Below, piece by piece: positions 44,759 through 55,284 of a DNA stretch of 64,000 nucleotides (positions are counted from its first letter, which is position 1; the number at the start of each line of letters is the position of its first letter). The notes under the pieces are model-generated. The model did no database searches. It was not told the DNA's origin and was given only the letters and a program-made list of their open reading frames with translations. This DNA is from an uncultured Gammaproteobacteria bacterium (GTDB lineage Bacteria > Patescibacteriota > Patescibacteriia > UBA9934), in the NCBI GenBank assembly GCA_964613815.1, contig CAZTKG010000001.1, forward strand, positions 8,895-72,894, in the 5' to 3' direction. Both the position numbers and the translations under genes were made by a program.

Positions 44759-45640
44759 TTATTTGATGTAGACGTGATCGCCAAATCGAAGATCAATATA
44801 TTCTAATGCTGCTGGATCTTCTTGTTCGCGTATGAGCACCTGGAGACGCTCTAGTTGGGATTTGATGTCATCTTCAATAGTGAACAGGATATAATATTCT
44901 GGGAGGCTGATCTCTGCCCATGCTTCGGTGGGAGTTTCTATCCTGAATCGTAGTGGCGTGATTTGCATTTGGCGTGCAACTGTGTCGATTTTGATGAATG
45001 CTTGTGTGCGTTCGGGTGAGATTATTTTTGTGTTTGTTTCTATTGAGGCTGGGTTTTTATGGTCAATGATTGGGATTTGATCGTGAAGTGTTGTGCTTTC
45101 GATGATTGGTTCATTCGGCTTCATTCGACTTTGGATACTTGCACGTTCTTCATCTGTGAGATTTCGGATGGCGATGCCGTTTAAATCTGTCAGGATATAT
45201 TGGTCTCCTGAGGTCCAGACGACCCCTGTGACGCGTTCTGTGATGTCGATGTGGAGATTGTGTTTATCAATATTGATTTGAATGGTTTCGAAGGCGTATG
45301 CCTCCATGAGTTCATCATGAAGTGCCTGTGTATTGAATACGGGTTTGAATGACTGTTTGAGGCCGTATCTTCTTGAATTCAATTGTGTTTGTGCAATAGA
45401 GATGATTTCCTCTTTGGTTGCGGATTTGATGTCTGATGCGGTGATTGAATTGATTCTGAGAATGCCTGAGGTGACAATGGCAGCAAAGGTAAATATTAAA
45501 AGTAGTATAAAGCCAAGGAGGGTGACGAGCGGTCGCCATTTTTGCCAAAGTGATGGCTCGTTAGAAAAATAGGGATTGTTGAATTTCCCTTTGTTATACT
45601 CTTTGGCTCGTTGTTTTTTGAAAAAGTTCCTCCGTTTCAT
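44759..45640 (-). CDS. FtsQ/DivIB-like cell-division protein
   Basis: Basic cytoplasmic N-terminus, one TM helix, then a POTRA-like domain and C-terminal beta domain. Confidence 0.55.
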   Translation of the reverse strand: MKRRNFFKKQRAKEYNKGKFNNPYFSNEPSLWQKWRPLVTLLGFILLLIFTFAAIVTSGILRINSITASDIKSATKEEIISIAQTQLNSRRYGLKQSFKPVFNTQALHDELMEAYAFETIQINIDKHNLHIDITERVTGVVWTSGDQYILTDLNGIAIRNLTDEERASIQSRMKPNEPIIESTTLHDQIPIIDHKNPASIETNTKIISPERTQAFIKIDTVARQMQITPLRFRIETPTEAWAEISLPEYYILFTIEDDIKSQLERLQVLIREQEDPAALEYIDLRFGDHVYIK

Positions 45641-46803
45641 GGGGTTTGGTTAGATTGAGATGGGATCAGGACGCGCGGGATGTTTTCTCTGATACGTGTC
45701 GTGATTTCGTAATTGATTGTTTTGAGTCGTTCGGCCATGGAATCTGCCGTGAATTCGTGCATACCTTGTTTGCCAAGTAGCGTGACAGGGTCGCTGACGT
45801 TGATTTTTGGAACGGTGCTGATGTCGATCATGCACATGTTCATGCATATTCTACCAACAATTGAGCAGAGTTGTCCTTTGACAAGGACGTTTCCGTTTGA
45901 GGAGAGCCCCCTGTCGTAGCCATCGTAATAGCCTATTGGGAGAACGGCGATGCGGATTGGGCGGTTAGGTTTGTAGAACCTGCCGTAGCCGATGGATGCA
46001 CCTGAGGGAACGTCTTTTATTTGGGCGATGCGCGTTTTCCAGGTGAGAGCTGGCTTGAGTATGAGTGATGGATTTTTGCTCCGTAGACGTTTTTTGATGC
46101 TTTCTGACGGCCAGAGTCCGTAGAGGGCAATGCCAAGTCGGCTCATGCTGAGATGTGTTTCTGGGTTGAGGATTGCGGCAGCTGAGCAGGCGATGTGTTT
46201 GTATGGTGGGTTGAAGCCGAGGTTGGTGATTTGGTCGATGGAGCCTGCGAATGTGCGAAATTGAGATTTTGTGAAGCTTGGGTCGGTGATGTTTTCGGCG
46301 TCGGCGAAGTGTGTAGAAATACCAATGAGTTCTAAGGCGTCTGCGGCTTGTTTGATGGTGATGAGGGTTTGACGGAGATGGTTTAGTCCAACACCTTGGC
46401 GTTGTGTCCCTGTTTCGATTTTGAGATTGATGAATCCTCGTTTTTTTTGTTCTCTGGCCTTGAGGGCCATGAGCATGATGGATTCCTCGTTGTAGACGGT
46501 TTGGATGAGATGGTATTTGATGACATCGTCTAGTCGTTCTGGGACGGTGTAGCCGAGAATGAAGATGATGTGTTCTGGGTGGAGTTTTCTGATGGCGATT
46601 GCTTCATCGACAGAGTCGACGCCAATTTCGGTAATCCCCTGCTCTGCGACGATGTTCGAGACGATATCTGTGCCATGCCCGTAGGCATTTGCTTTGAGGA
46701 TGGCGCAAAAGACGCTTCCTTCTGAAAGCGTGCCTTTGAGTTTTTTGATGTTGTTTATGAGCGCTGCTTCATCGATTTCCACCCATGTCTTCGCTCCATG
46801 CAT
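45637..46803 (-). CDS. alr: alanine racemase
   Basis: PLP-lysine motif AILKANAYGHG; TIM-barrel plus C-terminal beta domain length. Confidence 0.85.
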   Translation of the reverse strand: MHGAKTWVEIDEAALINNIKKLKGTLSEGSVFCAILKANAYGHGTDIVSNIVAEQGITEIGVDSVDEAIAIRKLHPEHIIFILGYTVPERLDDVIKYHLIQTVYNEESIMLMALKAREQKKRGFINLKIETGTQRQGVGLNHLRQTLITIKQAADALELIGISTHFADAENITDPSFTKSQFRTFAGSIDQITNLGFNPPYKHIACSAAAILNPETHLSMSRLGIALYGLWPSESIKKRLRSKNPSLILKPALTWKTRIAQIKDVPSGASIGYGRFYKPNRPIRIAVLPIGYYDGYDRGLSSNGNVLVKGQLCSIVGRICMNMCMIDISTVPKINVSDPVTLLGKQGMHEFTADSMAERLKTINYEITTRIRENIPRVLIPSQSNQTP

Positions 46804-46807
46804 AGTT

Positions 46808-48127
46808 TTATCGAGGTTCGATGACTGTTTTGCCTCCCATGTATGGTTGTAAGACGGTTGGGATTTTGACGGTGCCGTCTTTTTGTTGGTTGTTTTCGAG
46901 AATGGCGACCAAAAGGCGTCCGATAGCGATTGCGGTGGCGTCGTTCATGTGGGCGAATTCGGAGGTGCCGTCTTCGTGTTTGATTTTGGTTCCAAGGCGC
47001 CTTGATTGGTAGTTGGTCATGTAATCGGCGGTGTGGGTCTCTCGATAGGTCTCTTGTGTTGGAATCCAGGTTTCGATATCGATTTGTTTGGCGTCTGGCG
47101 TTCCCGTGTCACCGGTGCACATTTCGATTATTTGGTATGGGAGCTCCAGTTGATTGAGGAGATATTCTTGGATTGCGACGAAAAATAGCTGTTCGGTCTC
47201 CCCTGCTTCTGATGTGGTGAAGGATTCCATTTCGAGTTTGTCGAATTGGTGGACGCGGATGATGCCCTTTGTATCTTTTCCGTATGAGCCAGCTTCTCGG
47301 CGAAATGCTGAAGAGTAGCCGATCATGCGGATTGGGAGGTCGGCTTCGGGGATGGATGTTTTCATGTACATTGGGCCGAGGGCGTGCTCGGCGCTTCCAA
47401 CGAGATAGACGTTGTCTTTTTTGAGGTAATAGCGCTCATCGGCGTTTTCGGCATCAAGACGAGCCATTTTTTGCATGACGTCTGGTTTGATCATGACCGG
47501 TGGGAGGACGGGGGTGAACGGTTTTGCGTTGCATTCGAGGCCGGCGGATTTGATGATGGACTCAAGCGTTGATTTATTGGTTAGGGTTGCCATCACGAGC
47601 TGCACGAGTGCGAATTGCATTAATACGGCATCGCCTTTGAGGTATGCAAAGCGTGAGCCGCTGACTTTTGCTGCGGTTTTGATGTCGATAATGTCGAGTA
47701 TCTCTCCGAGTTCAACGTGGTCTTTTGGTGTGAATGTGAATGCAGGTTTGTCGCCAACTGTTTTGATGACGGTGTTTTCTGTTTCGTCTTTTCCGATTTT
47801 GACACTGTCTAAACAGGGGTTTGGAATTTTCCAAAGAAGGTCGTTTAGTTCATCTTGAATGGGTGTGAGCTTTGTCTTGAGTTCTTCTTCCTTCTTCCCT
47901 ACCATTTTCATTTCCTCGATCATGCGGTCTCGCTCTCCTCCGTGGGCGCTTGCGATATGTTCAGAGGCTTGGTTTTTTTGTGCGGCAAGAGATTCAATTT
48001 CTTGTTTGAGAGATCGGACTTCTTTGTCGAGTTTGAGGATTGTGTCTACTTCAATCGTTTTGTTTTTTGCTTTTGCGGCAGCTTGGACCTTATTTGGGTC
48101 GTCGCGGAGGAGTTTGATGTCGATCAT
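46808..48127 (-). CDS. serS: serine--tRNA ligase
   Basis: N-terminal coiled-coil arm plus class II core (motif 2/3 region FRREAGSYGKDTKGIIRVHQF). Confidence 0.9.
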   Translation of the reverse strand: MIDIKLLRDDPNKVQAAAKAKNKTIEVDTILKLDKEVRSLKQEIESLAAQKNQASEHIASAHGGERDRMIEEMKMVGKKEEELKTKLTPIQDELNDLLWKIPNPCLDSVKIGKDETENTVIKTVGDKPAFTFTPKDHVELGEILDIIDIKTAAKVSGSRFAYLKGDAVLMQFALVQLVMATLTNKSTLESIIKSAGLECNAKPFTPVLPPVMIKPDVMQKMARLDAENADERYYLKKDNVYLVGSAEHALGPMYMKTSIPEADLPIRMIGYSSAFRREAGSYGKDTKGIIRVHQFDKLEMESFTTSEAGETEQLFFVAIQEYLLNQLELPYQIIEMCTGDTGTPDAKQIDIETWIPTQETYRETHTADYMTNYQSRRLGTKIKHEDGTSEFAHMNDATAIAIGRLLVAILENNQQKDGTVKIPTVLQPYMGGKTVIEPR

Positions 48128-48531
48128 AGTAAGGAGGATTTGTATTTTGTTGGTTCAATGGGGTTGATGGTGACGAGTTTTATATCAAGGTTGTTTTTTT
48201 TGAGCCATGTTTTGAGATCTGCTTTGAGTTCTTCTTGATCGTATCCGAGTGCGATGATGTGGGGTTTGACTTGCTTGATGACGGTGTATGTTCCTAGCTC
48301 TGTATCGCCAATGCGTACTTCATTGATGTTTGGGAGGTTTTTTATGGCTTTGATCCGATCTCGGATTTGATTTTTAGGCGCCTTGCCCTTCAATTTTTTT
48401 ACGATTTCGTCTGGGGGGAGAACGACGGTTATGTATGTTCCGAGATATCTTGCTTTTTGCAAGAAGTATTCATGGCCGGGGTGCAGGCCGTCGAATGTGC
48501 CAAAAACGAGGATTTTAATCAGTTTTTTCAT
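48124..48531 (-). CDS. cytidylyltransferase-family nucleotidyltransferase (TagD / HldE domain II-like)
   Basis: ILVFGTFDGLHPGHEYFL = (H/T)xGH nucleotidyltransferase motif. Confidence 0.65.
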   Translation of the reverse strand: MKKLIKILVFGTFDGLHPGHEYFLQKARYLGTYITVVLPPDEIVKKLKGKAPKNQIRDRIKAIKNLPNINEVRIGDTELGTYTVIKQVKPHIIALGYDQEELKADLKTWLKKNNLDIKLVTINPIEPTKYKSSLL

Positions 48532-50008
48532 CTTGTTCTCCGTGGTTTGATTCGGGTCTGAGTGTTGGGAAAATGATGACTTCTTTAATACTATGCGAGC
48601 CTGAAAGAAGCGCGCAGATCCGATCGATGCCCATGCCGTAGCCTGATGCTGGTGGCATACCGATTTTGAGCGCTTCTAAGAAGTCTTCGTCGACTTGGTG
48701 TGCCTCGTCGTTTCCTCGTTCTCTGAGTTTTTCTTGTTCACGGAAGCGGGCCTCTTGTTCCAATGGGTCGTTTAGCTCATCCCAGCCGTTTAGAACTTCC
48801 ATGCCTTTGATGAGAAGTTGAACGTTGGATGATTTGTGAGCGTCATCTTTACTTACTTTTGCTAGTGGTTTCATGGAGGCTGGATAGCCTATGACAAATG
48901 TGGGTTGAATAATATTGGGACGTACTTTTGTCTTCCAAAGACTGTCGGTTAGCTCGCCATAGCCAATAATGCCATCTGTATTGATTTTGGCTTTGTTCAT
49001 TGCTGCGCGGAGTTCTTCCTCTGTCTTGAGCGTTCCTAGATCGATGTTGGTTTTTTCCTTGATGAGTTCGAAAAATTCTTTTCTTGGGATTGGTGTGTTG
49101 AAGTCTAACTCGCAATCTTCGTGGGTGATTTTTGTTCCACCGCCGGTGACTGTTTTTACGATATGCGCAATGAGTCGTTCGAGGTGGTCAAGCATTTGGT
49201 CTCTGTCGGTGTAAGCGGCGTAGACTTCCACTTGGGTGAACTCTGGGTTGTGTTGGAAGCTGATGCCTTCGTTTCGGAAGCATCGAGCGAATTCAAAAAC
49301 ACGTTCAAATCCTCCCACCATGCAGCGTTTGAGGAAAAGTTCTGGAGCGATGCGGAGATAGAAGTCGGCATCGAGGGCGTTGTGGTGTGTTTTGAATGGT
49401 CGTGCTTCTGCGCCGCCAGCTTGTGCTTGGAGGATTGGTGTTTCGACTTCCATGTAGCCCTCTTGATGGAAGAGATCGCGCATTGCATGGATGATTTTTG
49501 AACGTAATGCGATTTTTGTCTTTGCTTCTGGGTTTGCAATGAGGTCGAGATAACGTTTTCGGTAGCGTTTTTCGACATCTGTAAGACCGTGCCATTTTTC
49601 TGGAAGTGGGAGGAGGGTTTTGGTGAGCATTTTGATGCTGTCGAGTGCAACGGACATTTCGCCTTTTTTTGTTTTGATTGCTGTCCCCTGCCCTTCAACG
49701 ATGTCACCAATGTCGTAAAGGTCGTGGAAGCCATTGTAGGTATCGATGCCGATATGGTCACGATGCATCATGAGCTGGATTTTTCCGGATTGATCTTCGA
49801 GTACGCAAAAAGTTACTCCGCCGTGTTTTCGGATCGCGCGAAGGCGACCGCTAACGGTGAGTTTTTCTTTTGTTGTTTCTAATGTTGAGAAGGTGTCGAT
49901 TACTTCCTTTGCCATGTGTGTTCTTGATGACCCGATTGGGTAGGGTTCAACTCCAGCTTCTCGGAGGTTTTTGAGGCGTTCTCGGCGAGCGATCTCTTCT
50001 GGGATCAT
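48515..50008 (-). CDS. lysS: lysine--tRNA ligase (class II)
   Basis: OB-fold anticodon-binding N-domain plus class II core FRNEGISFQHNPEFTQVE. Confidence 0.9.
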   Translation of the reverse strand: MIPEEIARRERLKNLREAGVEPYPIGSSRTHMAKEVIDTFSTLETTKEKLTVSGRLRAIRKHGGVTFCVLEDQSGKIQLMMHRDHIGIDTYNGFHDLYDIGDIVEGQGTAIKTKKGEMSVALDSIKMLTKTLLPLPEKWHGLTDVEKRYRKRYLDLIANPEAKTKIALRSKIIHAMRDLFHQEGYMEVETPILQAQAGGAEARPFKTHHNALDADFYLRIAPELFLKRCMVGGFERVFEFARCFRNEGISFQHNPEFTQVEVYAAYTDRDQMLDHLERLIAHIVKTVTGGGTKITHEDCELDFNTPIPRKEFFELIKEKTNIDLGTLKTEEELRAAMNKAKINTDGIIGYGELTDSLWKTKVRPNIIQPTFVIGYPASMKPLAKVSKDDAHKSSNVQLLIKGMEVLNGWDELNDPLEQEARFREQEKLRERGNDEAHQVDEDFLEALKIGMPPASGYGMGIDRICALLSGSHSIKEVIIFPTLRPESNHGEQDEKTD

Positions 50009-50010
50009 AG

Positions 50011-50475
50011 CTATGTGATTGAAATAACTTTGTAGGTTGTGATTCCTGATGGTGTTTTGATTTCGACGTCGGTTCCAACTTCTTTTCCGAGGAAGGCTTT
50101 TCCAAATGGTGATTCATTGCTGATTTTGCCAGTCATCGGATCGGTTTCTGTGGCGCCAACAAGTTCGTAAGGACGTTCGTTTCCGTTTGCATCTGCGGCG
50201 ACAAATTTTGTGCCGAGATTGATCGTGGACTCCCCTTCTCTTGCTTCTACGATGACGGCGTTTTTGAGGAGGTCGTTGAGTTCGTGAATGCGCGCTTCAT
50301 TTTGTCCTTGCATTTCTTTTGCGGCATGATATTCAAAGTTTTCTGAAAGATCACCCTGTTCTTTGGCAACGCCAATTTTTTCGGAAATTTCTTTTCGGAG
50401 GGTTTTTGTTCGGTGGTTGTATTCTTCTTTAATCTTTTCGAGTCCTTCCGGAGATACGAAGTGTTGGTTGTTCAT
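50011..50475 (-). CDS. greA: transcription elongation factor GreA
   Basis: N-terminal coiled coil with acidic tip (QGDLSENFEYHAAKE) plus C-terminal FKBP-like domain. Confidence 0.9.
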   Translation of the reverse strand: MNNQHFVSPEGLEKIKEEYNHRTKTLRKEISEKIGVAKEQGDLSENFEYHAAKEMQGQNEARIHELNDLLKNAVIVEAREGESTINLGTKFVAADANGNERPYELVGATETDPMTGKISNESPFGKAFLGKEVGTDVEIKTPSGITTYKVISIT

Positions 50476-50536
50476 AATGCAATCATATCAGACGCTCAAT
50501 GAGCGTCTTTTCGTTAGTGATCGTAGCATATGAAGT

Positions 50537-52438
50537 CTATTGATACCAGTAGTCGAGAATGTCTTTTGTGATGGGTACGGCGAGGTAATCGTCCCCGCCT
50601 TCTTCTATCAAGACGGTGATAACGATTTCTGGATTTTCGTAAGGCGCGAAGCCAGTAAACCACGAATGAGGTGGTTTTGTGGACGACCATTGAGCTGTTC
50701 CTGTTTTCCCAGCAACTTCAACAGCGACACTTTGGAGCATCTGTGCAGATCCTTGAGTTATTGTGCGTCGCATGCCGGTGGCGACGATGTTCACGATTTC
50801 TGTTGAAATTACTCGTGAAGAGGATGTTTCAAGGGAGTTGTTTACATGTGGTGTTACTAGATGTCCGTCATTGGCAAACATCGCCGTCGCTCTTGCGATC
50901 TGTAAAGGTGTTGCAAGGAAGTCTCCTTGACCAATTGCGGCGTGATACGTGTCGCCGATGTACCACGGTTCCCCTTTTGCCTCAATTTTCCATTCTTTTG
51001 TTGGAAGGAACCCGTCTTGTTCACCTGCAATGTCTAAGCCTGTTTGTGAACCGAAGCCATAGCTGGCTGCATATTCCATCATTTTTTCGATTCCTAGGCC
51101 GTCGAAGTGTTCATTTCCGCCGCCGATGAGGTAGAAAAATGTATTTACTGAGTCGGCGATTGCGTGGTAAACGTTTGTATTTCCGTGTCCATCTGCTCGC
51201 CAATCAGGGAAATACCAGATCCCAATTTGTATTCCCCCTGTTGAGATAAAGGAGGTTTCCGGAGTGATGATGCCTTCGATTAGCGCAGAAGCGGCGTTCA
51301 TGGGTTTAATTGTGGATCCAGATGGGAATTCTCCTGAGAAGGCTCTTGCAAAGAGTGGGCGGTCCTCATCTTCAATAAGGGCTCTGTATGATGCTGTATC
51401 GATTCCTCCGGTGAACGCGTTTGCGTCGTACGCTGGCCAGGAAACGAGTGCATAAATTTCTCCATTTTTTGGGTTCATCGCGATGACGGAGGCTTTTGAT
51501 GCTGGGGTTCCTTCGAGTCGTGTTTTTAACACTTCTTCAATGTATTTCTGAAATGCGGCATCTACGGTGAGTGTAATGTTTTGTCCTTGAGTTGGTTCAG
51601 TTTTTGAAACAACTCTTCCGATGGATCCAAGGGCGTTTATTTCTAAGAGTTCAAGTCCGAATTGTCCTCGAAGACGTTGTTCGTAGGCTTGTTCGATCCC
51701 CATTTTTCCAATGGAGTCAAAGGGACGATATCCTTCTGATTTTTTTTCTTCATATTCGTCTTCGTTTAAGCCTCCTGAATAGCCGATGATGTGTGAAAGC
51801 GATGGAATTTCGTTTGTGATGTATCCTCGTTTTGATGAGAGTTCTGTGGTGATGCCTGGGAAAGACGTTGGGCTTGATTCGACAGTGAGCGCGAGTTCGT
51901 ATGGGACGTTTGCTGCAAGAAGGATTGATGTTTTAGGTTCCGTTGTGTCTGATTCTTCAAGAGCGATGTACAATTCGTTGATCGGAGTCTCTGAATTTTT
52001 TGCAATATGTGACAATATTTGATGTTGATGTTCACGGTCTTTTGTCATTGATGCAGGTGTTGCAAGGAGGTTAAATACTGCTTCGTTCCAAGCAAGCTCA
52101 GTTCCTGTGCGATCATAGATAATGCCACGTTGAGACGGTAGAATATGATTCCAAAGTCTGTTTTGTTCTGCTTGCGTTCGGTATTCTTGACCTTTTACAA
52201 TTTGTAAATATCCGGATTTTCCAAGGAGTATTGCAATGATGAAGCCGGTGATAATAAATGACAGTTTAAAGCGTTTTGCATGAATTGCTGGTCCGATGAA
52301 GGATGTGTTTGTGTCATCGCTTGGATTTTTGGCATCGGAAAAAATGTCGGCGAAGATTTCTTCGTTTTGTATCTCTCGATTTTTTGATAGATCGATTGAT
52401 GGGGGAAGTGGGAATAAACTGTTTTGTTTTTTTACCAT
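50537..52438 (-). CDS. mrdA: penicillin-binding protein 2 (peptidoglycan D,D-transpeptidase)
   Basis: SxxK FPSGSTIKP, SxN, KTGT in a transpeptidase domain; start at MVKKQN directly after the mreD stop. Confidence 0.85.
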   Translation of the reverse strand: MVKKQNSLFPLPPSIDLSKNREIQNEEIFADIFSDAKNPSDDTNTSFIGPAIHAKRFKLSFIITGFIIAILLGKSGYLQIVKGQEYRTQAEQNRLWNHILPSQRGIIYDRTGTELAWNEAVFNLLATPASMTKDREHQHQILSHIAKNSETPINELYIALEESDTTEPKTSILLAANVPYELALTVESSPTSFPGITTELSSKRGYITNEIPSLSHIIGYSGGLNEDEYEEKKSEGYRPFDSIGKMGIEQAYEQRLRGQFGLELLEINALGSIGRVVSKTEPTQGQNITLTVDAAFQKYIEEVLKTRLEGTPASKASVIAMNPKNGEIYALVSWPAYDANAFTGGIDTASYRALIEDEDRPLFARAFSGEFPSGSTIKPMNAASALIEGIITPETSFISTGGIQIGIWYFPDWRADGHGNTNVYHAIADSVNTFFYLIGGGNEHFDGLGIEKMMEYAASYGFGSQTGLDIAGEQDGFLPTKEWKIEAKGEPWYIGDTYHAAIGQGDFLATPLQIARATAMFANDGHLVTPHVNNSLETSSSRVISTEIVNIVATGMRRTITQGSAQMLQSVAVEVAGKTGTAQWSSTKPPHSWFTGFAPYENPEIVITVLIEEGGDDYLAVPITKDILDYWYQ

Positions 52439-52440
52439 GA

Positions 52441-52962
52441 TTATGTTGCTGTTCTTGGCAAGAACTGGTTTTTTGCATCTTGCCATTTTCTGGCAGTAAT
52501 TTGGGCGATGTAAAGCCCTGTAATGAGCCATGCAAGTATGACAATTTGTTCAGAAAAAAATGGCTTAAAGAACGCATCGTGGATTGTGTCTCGATTGAAA
52601 AATTGAAATAGGATCGTGGGCAGGGTTTGCGCCAATGATCCTACGACGAACATGGAAATGCCAAGTCCTTGAAGCCCCCATAGCGATCGTTGTGCGAAGA
52701 TGCGTAAGCAAAGTGGAATCGCAGCGCAAAGCATCAGAGTGTAGATTCCGCTTGGTATTGTAGGGAACCCGGTGAGCTTGATGAAGATGACGCATGTTAA
52801 TGTCCAGATGATGCCAAGCGGGATTGTTGTTCTATGAAGAAGTGTTGTGCCAATGATGAGCGGGAGGGGGATGAGGTTAAGAGGAGTTGGAAGGCTGCCA
52901 ATAAGACTTGTTTGTATGAGTGCGATAATGAGTGCACTTAGGGCGACGATAACTTCTTTCAT
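52441..52962 (-). CDS. mreD: rod shape-determining protein MreD
   Basis: Five-TM small membrane protein in the mreBCD slot. Confidence 0.7.
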   Translation of the reverse strand: MKEVIVALSALIIALIQTSLIGSLPTPLNLIPLPLIIGTTLLHRTTIPLGIIWTLTCVIFIKLTGFPTIPSGIYTLMLCAAIPLCLRIFAQRSLWGLQGLGISMFVVGSLAQTLPTILFQFFNRDTIHDAFFKPFFSEQIVILAWLITGLYIAQITARKWQDAKNQFLPRTAT

Positions 52963-52965
52963 ACA

Positions 52966-53781
52966 TCAGATTGAGGGAGATGTTTCAATCAGGACCCTTG
53001 AGATTGTATTTACGTCAATGAGAGGTTCTATGTTAGCTGTTTGAAATAGAGCCGTTTCGTTTTTTATGATTTCTCGAATAATGCCGATTATCAAGCCTGC
53101 CGGGATGTCGTCTTGAAGGCCAGAAGTAAGAATGAGCGTTCCTTCAGTGATGATTTTTTCTTGAGGGATGAACCCTAGTTCAAGATAGAATCCCTCTTTC
53201 CCTTCAACGATGCCGATTGTTGCTTCGTCGGATTGAAGCATGGCGGTGATTTTGCTTTCCGGACTAGACAAAAGTTGCGCAGTGGATGTGTTTTGTGTTG
53301 TTTTGCTAATGGTGCCAATGATATGGCCGTTTTCTGCGATAACAGGCATGCCGATGTTGATTCCGGCTCGTTCTCCTTGATTGATGAGGATCTTTGCGTC
53401 TTCTTTGATGTTTTTCGCGAGGACGTGCGCGAGGACGAGATTTGCATCGACAGATTGTTTGTAGTTTAGTAATTCTTCAAGCTCTGCGATTCTTGATTCC
53501 AAAATGGTCACATACGCTTTGTCACTTGCGAGAGCATTTCGGTCGGATTCACATATCTGCAATTGTCCCGCAAGACTTTCTGGCGATGCCGTATTTACCT
53601 CATAGATTGTGTAAAATGTTGTTCCAATTGTTGAAAATGTTGATTGAATGAAGTTAATCGATGCTGATATAGGGCCCCAGTTTCTGAAAAGAAGAATGAG
53701 AATAAGTGAAATGGTAAAAGTGATCAGCTTTTTAGCGATTTGTTTATTTTGTTTTGTAATGCGTTGGCGGGATACTGGCAT
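52966..53781 (-). CDS. mreC: rod shape-determining protein MreC
   Basis: N-terminal TM helix, coiled coil, then two beta domains. Confidence 0.75.
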   Translation of the reverse strand: MPVSRQRITKQNKQIAKKLITFTISLILILLFRNWGPISASINFIQSTFSTIGTTFYTIYEVNTASPESLAGQLQICESDRNALASDKAYVTILESRIAELEELLNYKQSVDANLVLAHVLAKNIKEDAKILINQGERAGINIGMPVIAENGHIIGTISKTTQNTSTAQLLSSPESKITAMLQSDEATIGIVEGKEGFYLELGFIPQEKIITEGTLILTSGLQDDIPAGLIIGIIREIIKNETALFQTANIEPLIDVNTISRVLIETSPSI

Positions 53782-53782
53782 G

Positions 53783-54835
53783 TTATGCGAAGCCGTCTTC
53801 TGATGTCGAAGGAAGCGTGACGTCTTTGAGGAGCTCTTCGTTGCTGAGCAAAATTCCGTTCCCTCTCACGACGGCTGTGAGTGGGTCGTTTGCGATTGTG
53901 ACGGGAATGTCTGTAGCTTTTGACATGAGCGTGTCGAGTCCCTTTAGAAGCGCGCCTCCGCCTGCGAGCACGATGCCGTGTTCGTAAATGTCTGCGACCA
54001 ATTCCGGGGGAGTCATTTCAATTGTAACTTTGACGTTTTCGATGATTGCTTGGACGGATTTTTGGAGTGCTTCTCTGATTTCATTGTCGCTTACGATGAC
54101 TTGTTTTGGTAAACCTGTGATGAGGTCTCTCCCCCGCATTTCGATTTGTAGCGGTTCTGCGGGTTCCACCGCTGTTCCGATGGACCACTTTACGATTTCG
54201 GCAACGCGTTCGCCGATGAGAAGGTTGAAGACGTCTCGTGCATATTGGACAATATTTTTTGTCATTTCCTCTCCGGCGATGGACATGGTTTTTGAAGTGA
54301 CAACGCCGCTTAGAGCGATGACGGCAATCTCGGTTGTTCCTCCGCCGATGTCAACGATCATGCTGCCCGTTGACTCTGTGACTGGAAGAGATGCTCCAAT
54401 GGCTGCTGAAATGGGTTCTTCGATAAGAAAAACTTGTCTTGCGCCGGCGCTTATTGCCGCGTCTTCAACTGCTTTTTGTTCCACTTCCGTGATTTCTAGA
54501 GGAACTCCGATGACGATTCTGGGTCTTGGTATGATTGTGAATGATTCTTCATGAATTTTGTCGATAAAGAATTTGAGCATGCGTTCTGCGATTTCGAAAT
54601 CTGAGATAACGCCTTTTGTTAGTGGTCGCGAAGTTTTGATGTGTGGCGGTGTTTTGCCAAGCATGTCTTTAGCTGAGTGGCCGACGGCGATGATTTGGTT
54701 TGTTCTGACGTTTAAAGAGACGATTGAGGGTTCGTTCATGACGATCCCTTTCTTTTTGATGTAGATAAGCGTGTTTGCGGTGCCAAGATCTACAGCGACA
54801 TCTTCTGAGAATTTTCCTAGGAATTTATTCAGCAT
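53783..54835 (-). CDS. mreB: rod shape-determining protein MreB
   Basis: Actin-fold ATPase motifs DLGTANTLIY, DIGGGTTEIAVI. Confidence 0.9.
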   Translation of the reverse strand: MLNKFLGKFSEDVAVDLGTANTLIYIKKKGIVMNEPSIVSLNVRTNQIIAVGHSAKDMLGKTPPHIKTSRPLTKGVISDFEIAERMLKFFIDKIHEESFTIIPRPRIVIGVPLEITEVEQKAVEDAAISAGARQVFLIEEPISAAIGASLPVTESTGSMIVDIGGGTTEIAVIALSGVVTSKTMSIAGEEMTKNIVQYARDVFNLLIGERVAEIVKWSIGTAVEPAEPLQIEMRGRDLITGLPKQVIVSDNEIREALQKSVQAIIENVKVTIEMTPPELVADIYEHGIVLAGGGALLKGLDTLMSKATDIPVTIANDPLTAVVRGNGILLSNEELLKDVTLPSTSEDGFA

Positions 54836-54897
54836 ACGGGGTCATGAGATGTTATCTTAACAAAAAAAATTCTGTATGCAAGCAGAATTTTGTTGTT

Positions 54898-55284
54898 TTA
54901 TTGATGCTTGCTATGTGTTGCGGCGAGGAAAATGTATTCAATGGTGCTTATTACAGCGATGCAAACGAGAAGAAGCCACCATGAAAGTAGGTTTGATTTG
55001 AGGAGTATGAGCGTGGTTACGATGAGGATGGTGAGAATGATGGCTTGTCTTAGTGATGTTTTTACGATTTCGTCGATTTTGCGATTTGGATATTTGTTGA
55101 TACGGATGAGGGTACCGCAACTCGTGAAGAGTCCGGCGGATGCGGTGAAAAGCGTGATATAAAAGCTGCTTATCGTAAAGCTGTTTGCGTTTATTGGATT
55201 GATGCCAAAAAGTACAATAATCCAGGCGAGCGCGGCCAAGAGTGTTCCCGAGAATAAGGCGATGATGTATTGCTTGACGGTCAT
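54898..55284 (-). CDS. hypothetical small membrane protein (4 TM)
   Basis: Hydrophobicity only. Confidence 0.4.
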   Translation of the reverse strand: MTVKQYIIALFSGTLLAALAWIIVLFGINPINANSFTISSFYITLFTASAGLFTSCGTLIRINKYPNRKIDEIVKTSLRQAIILTILIVTTLILLKSNLLSWWLLLVCIAVISTIEYIFLAATHSKHQ

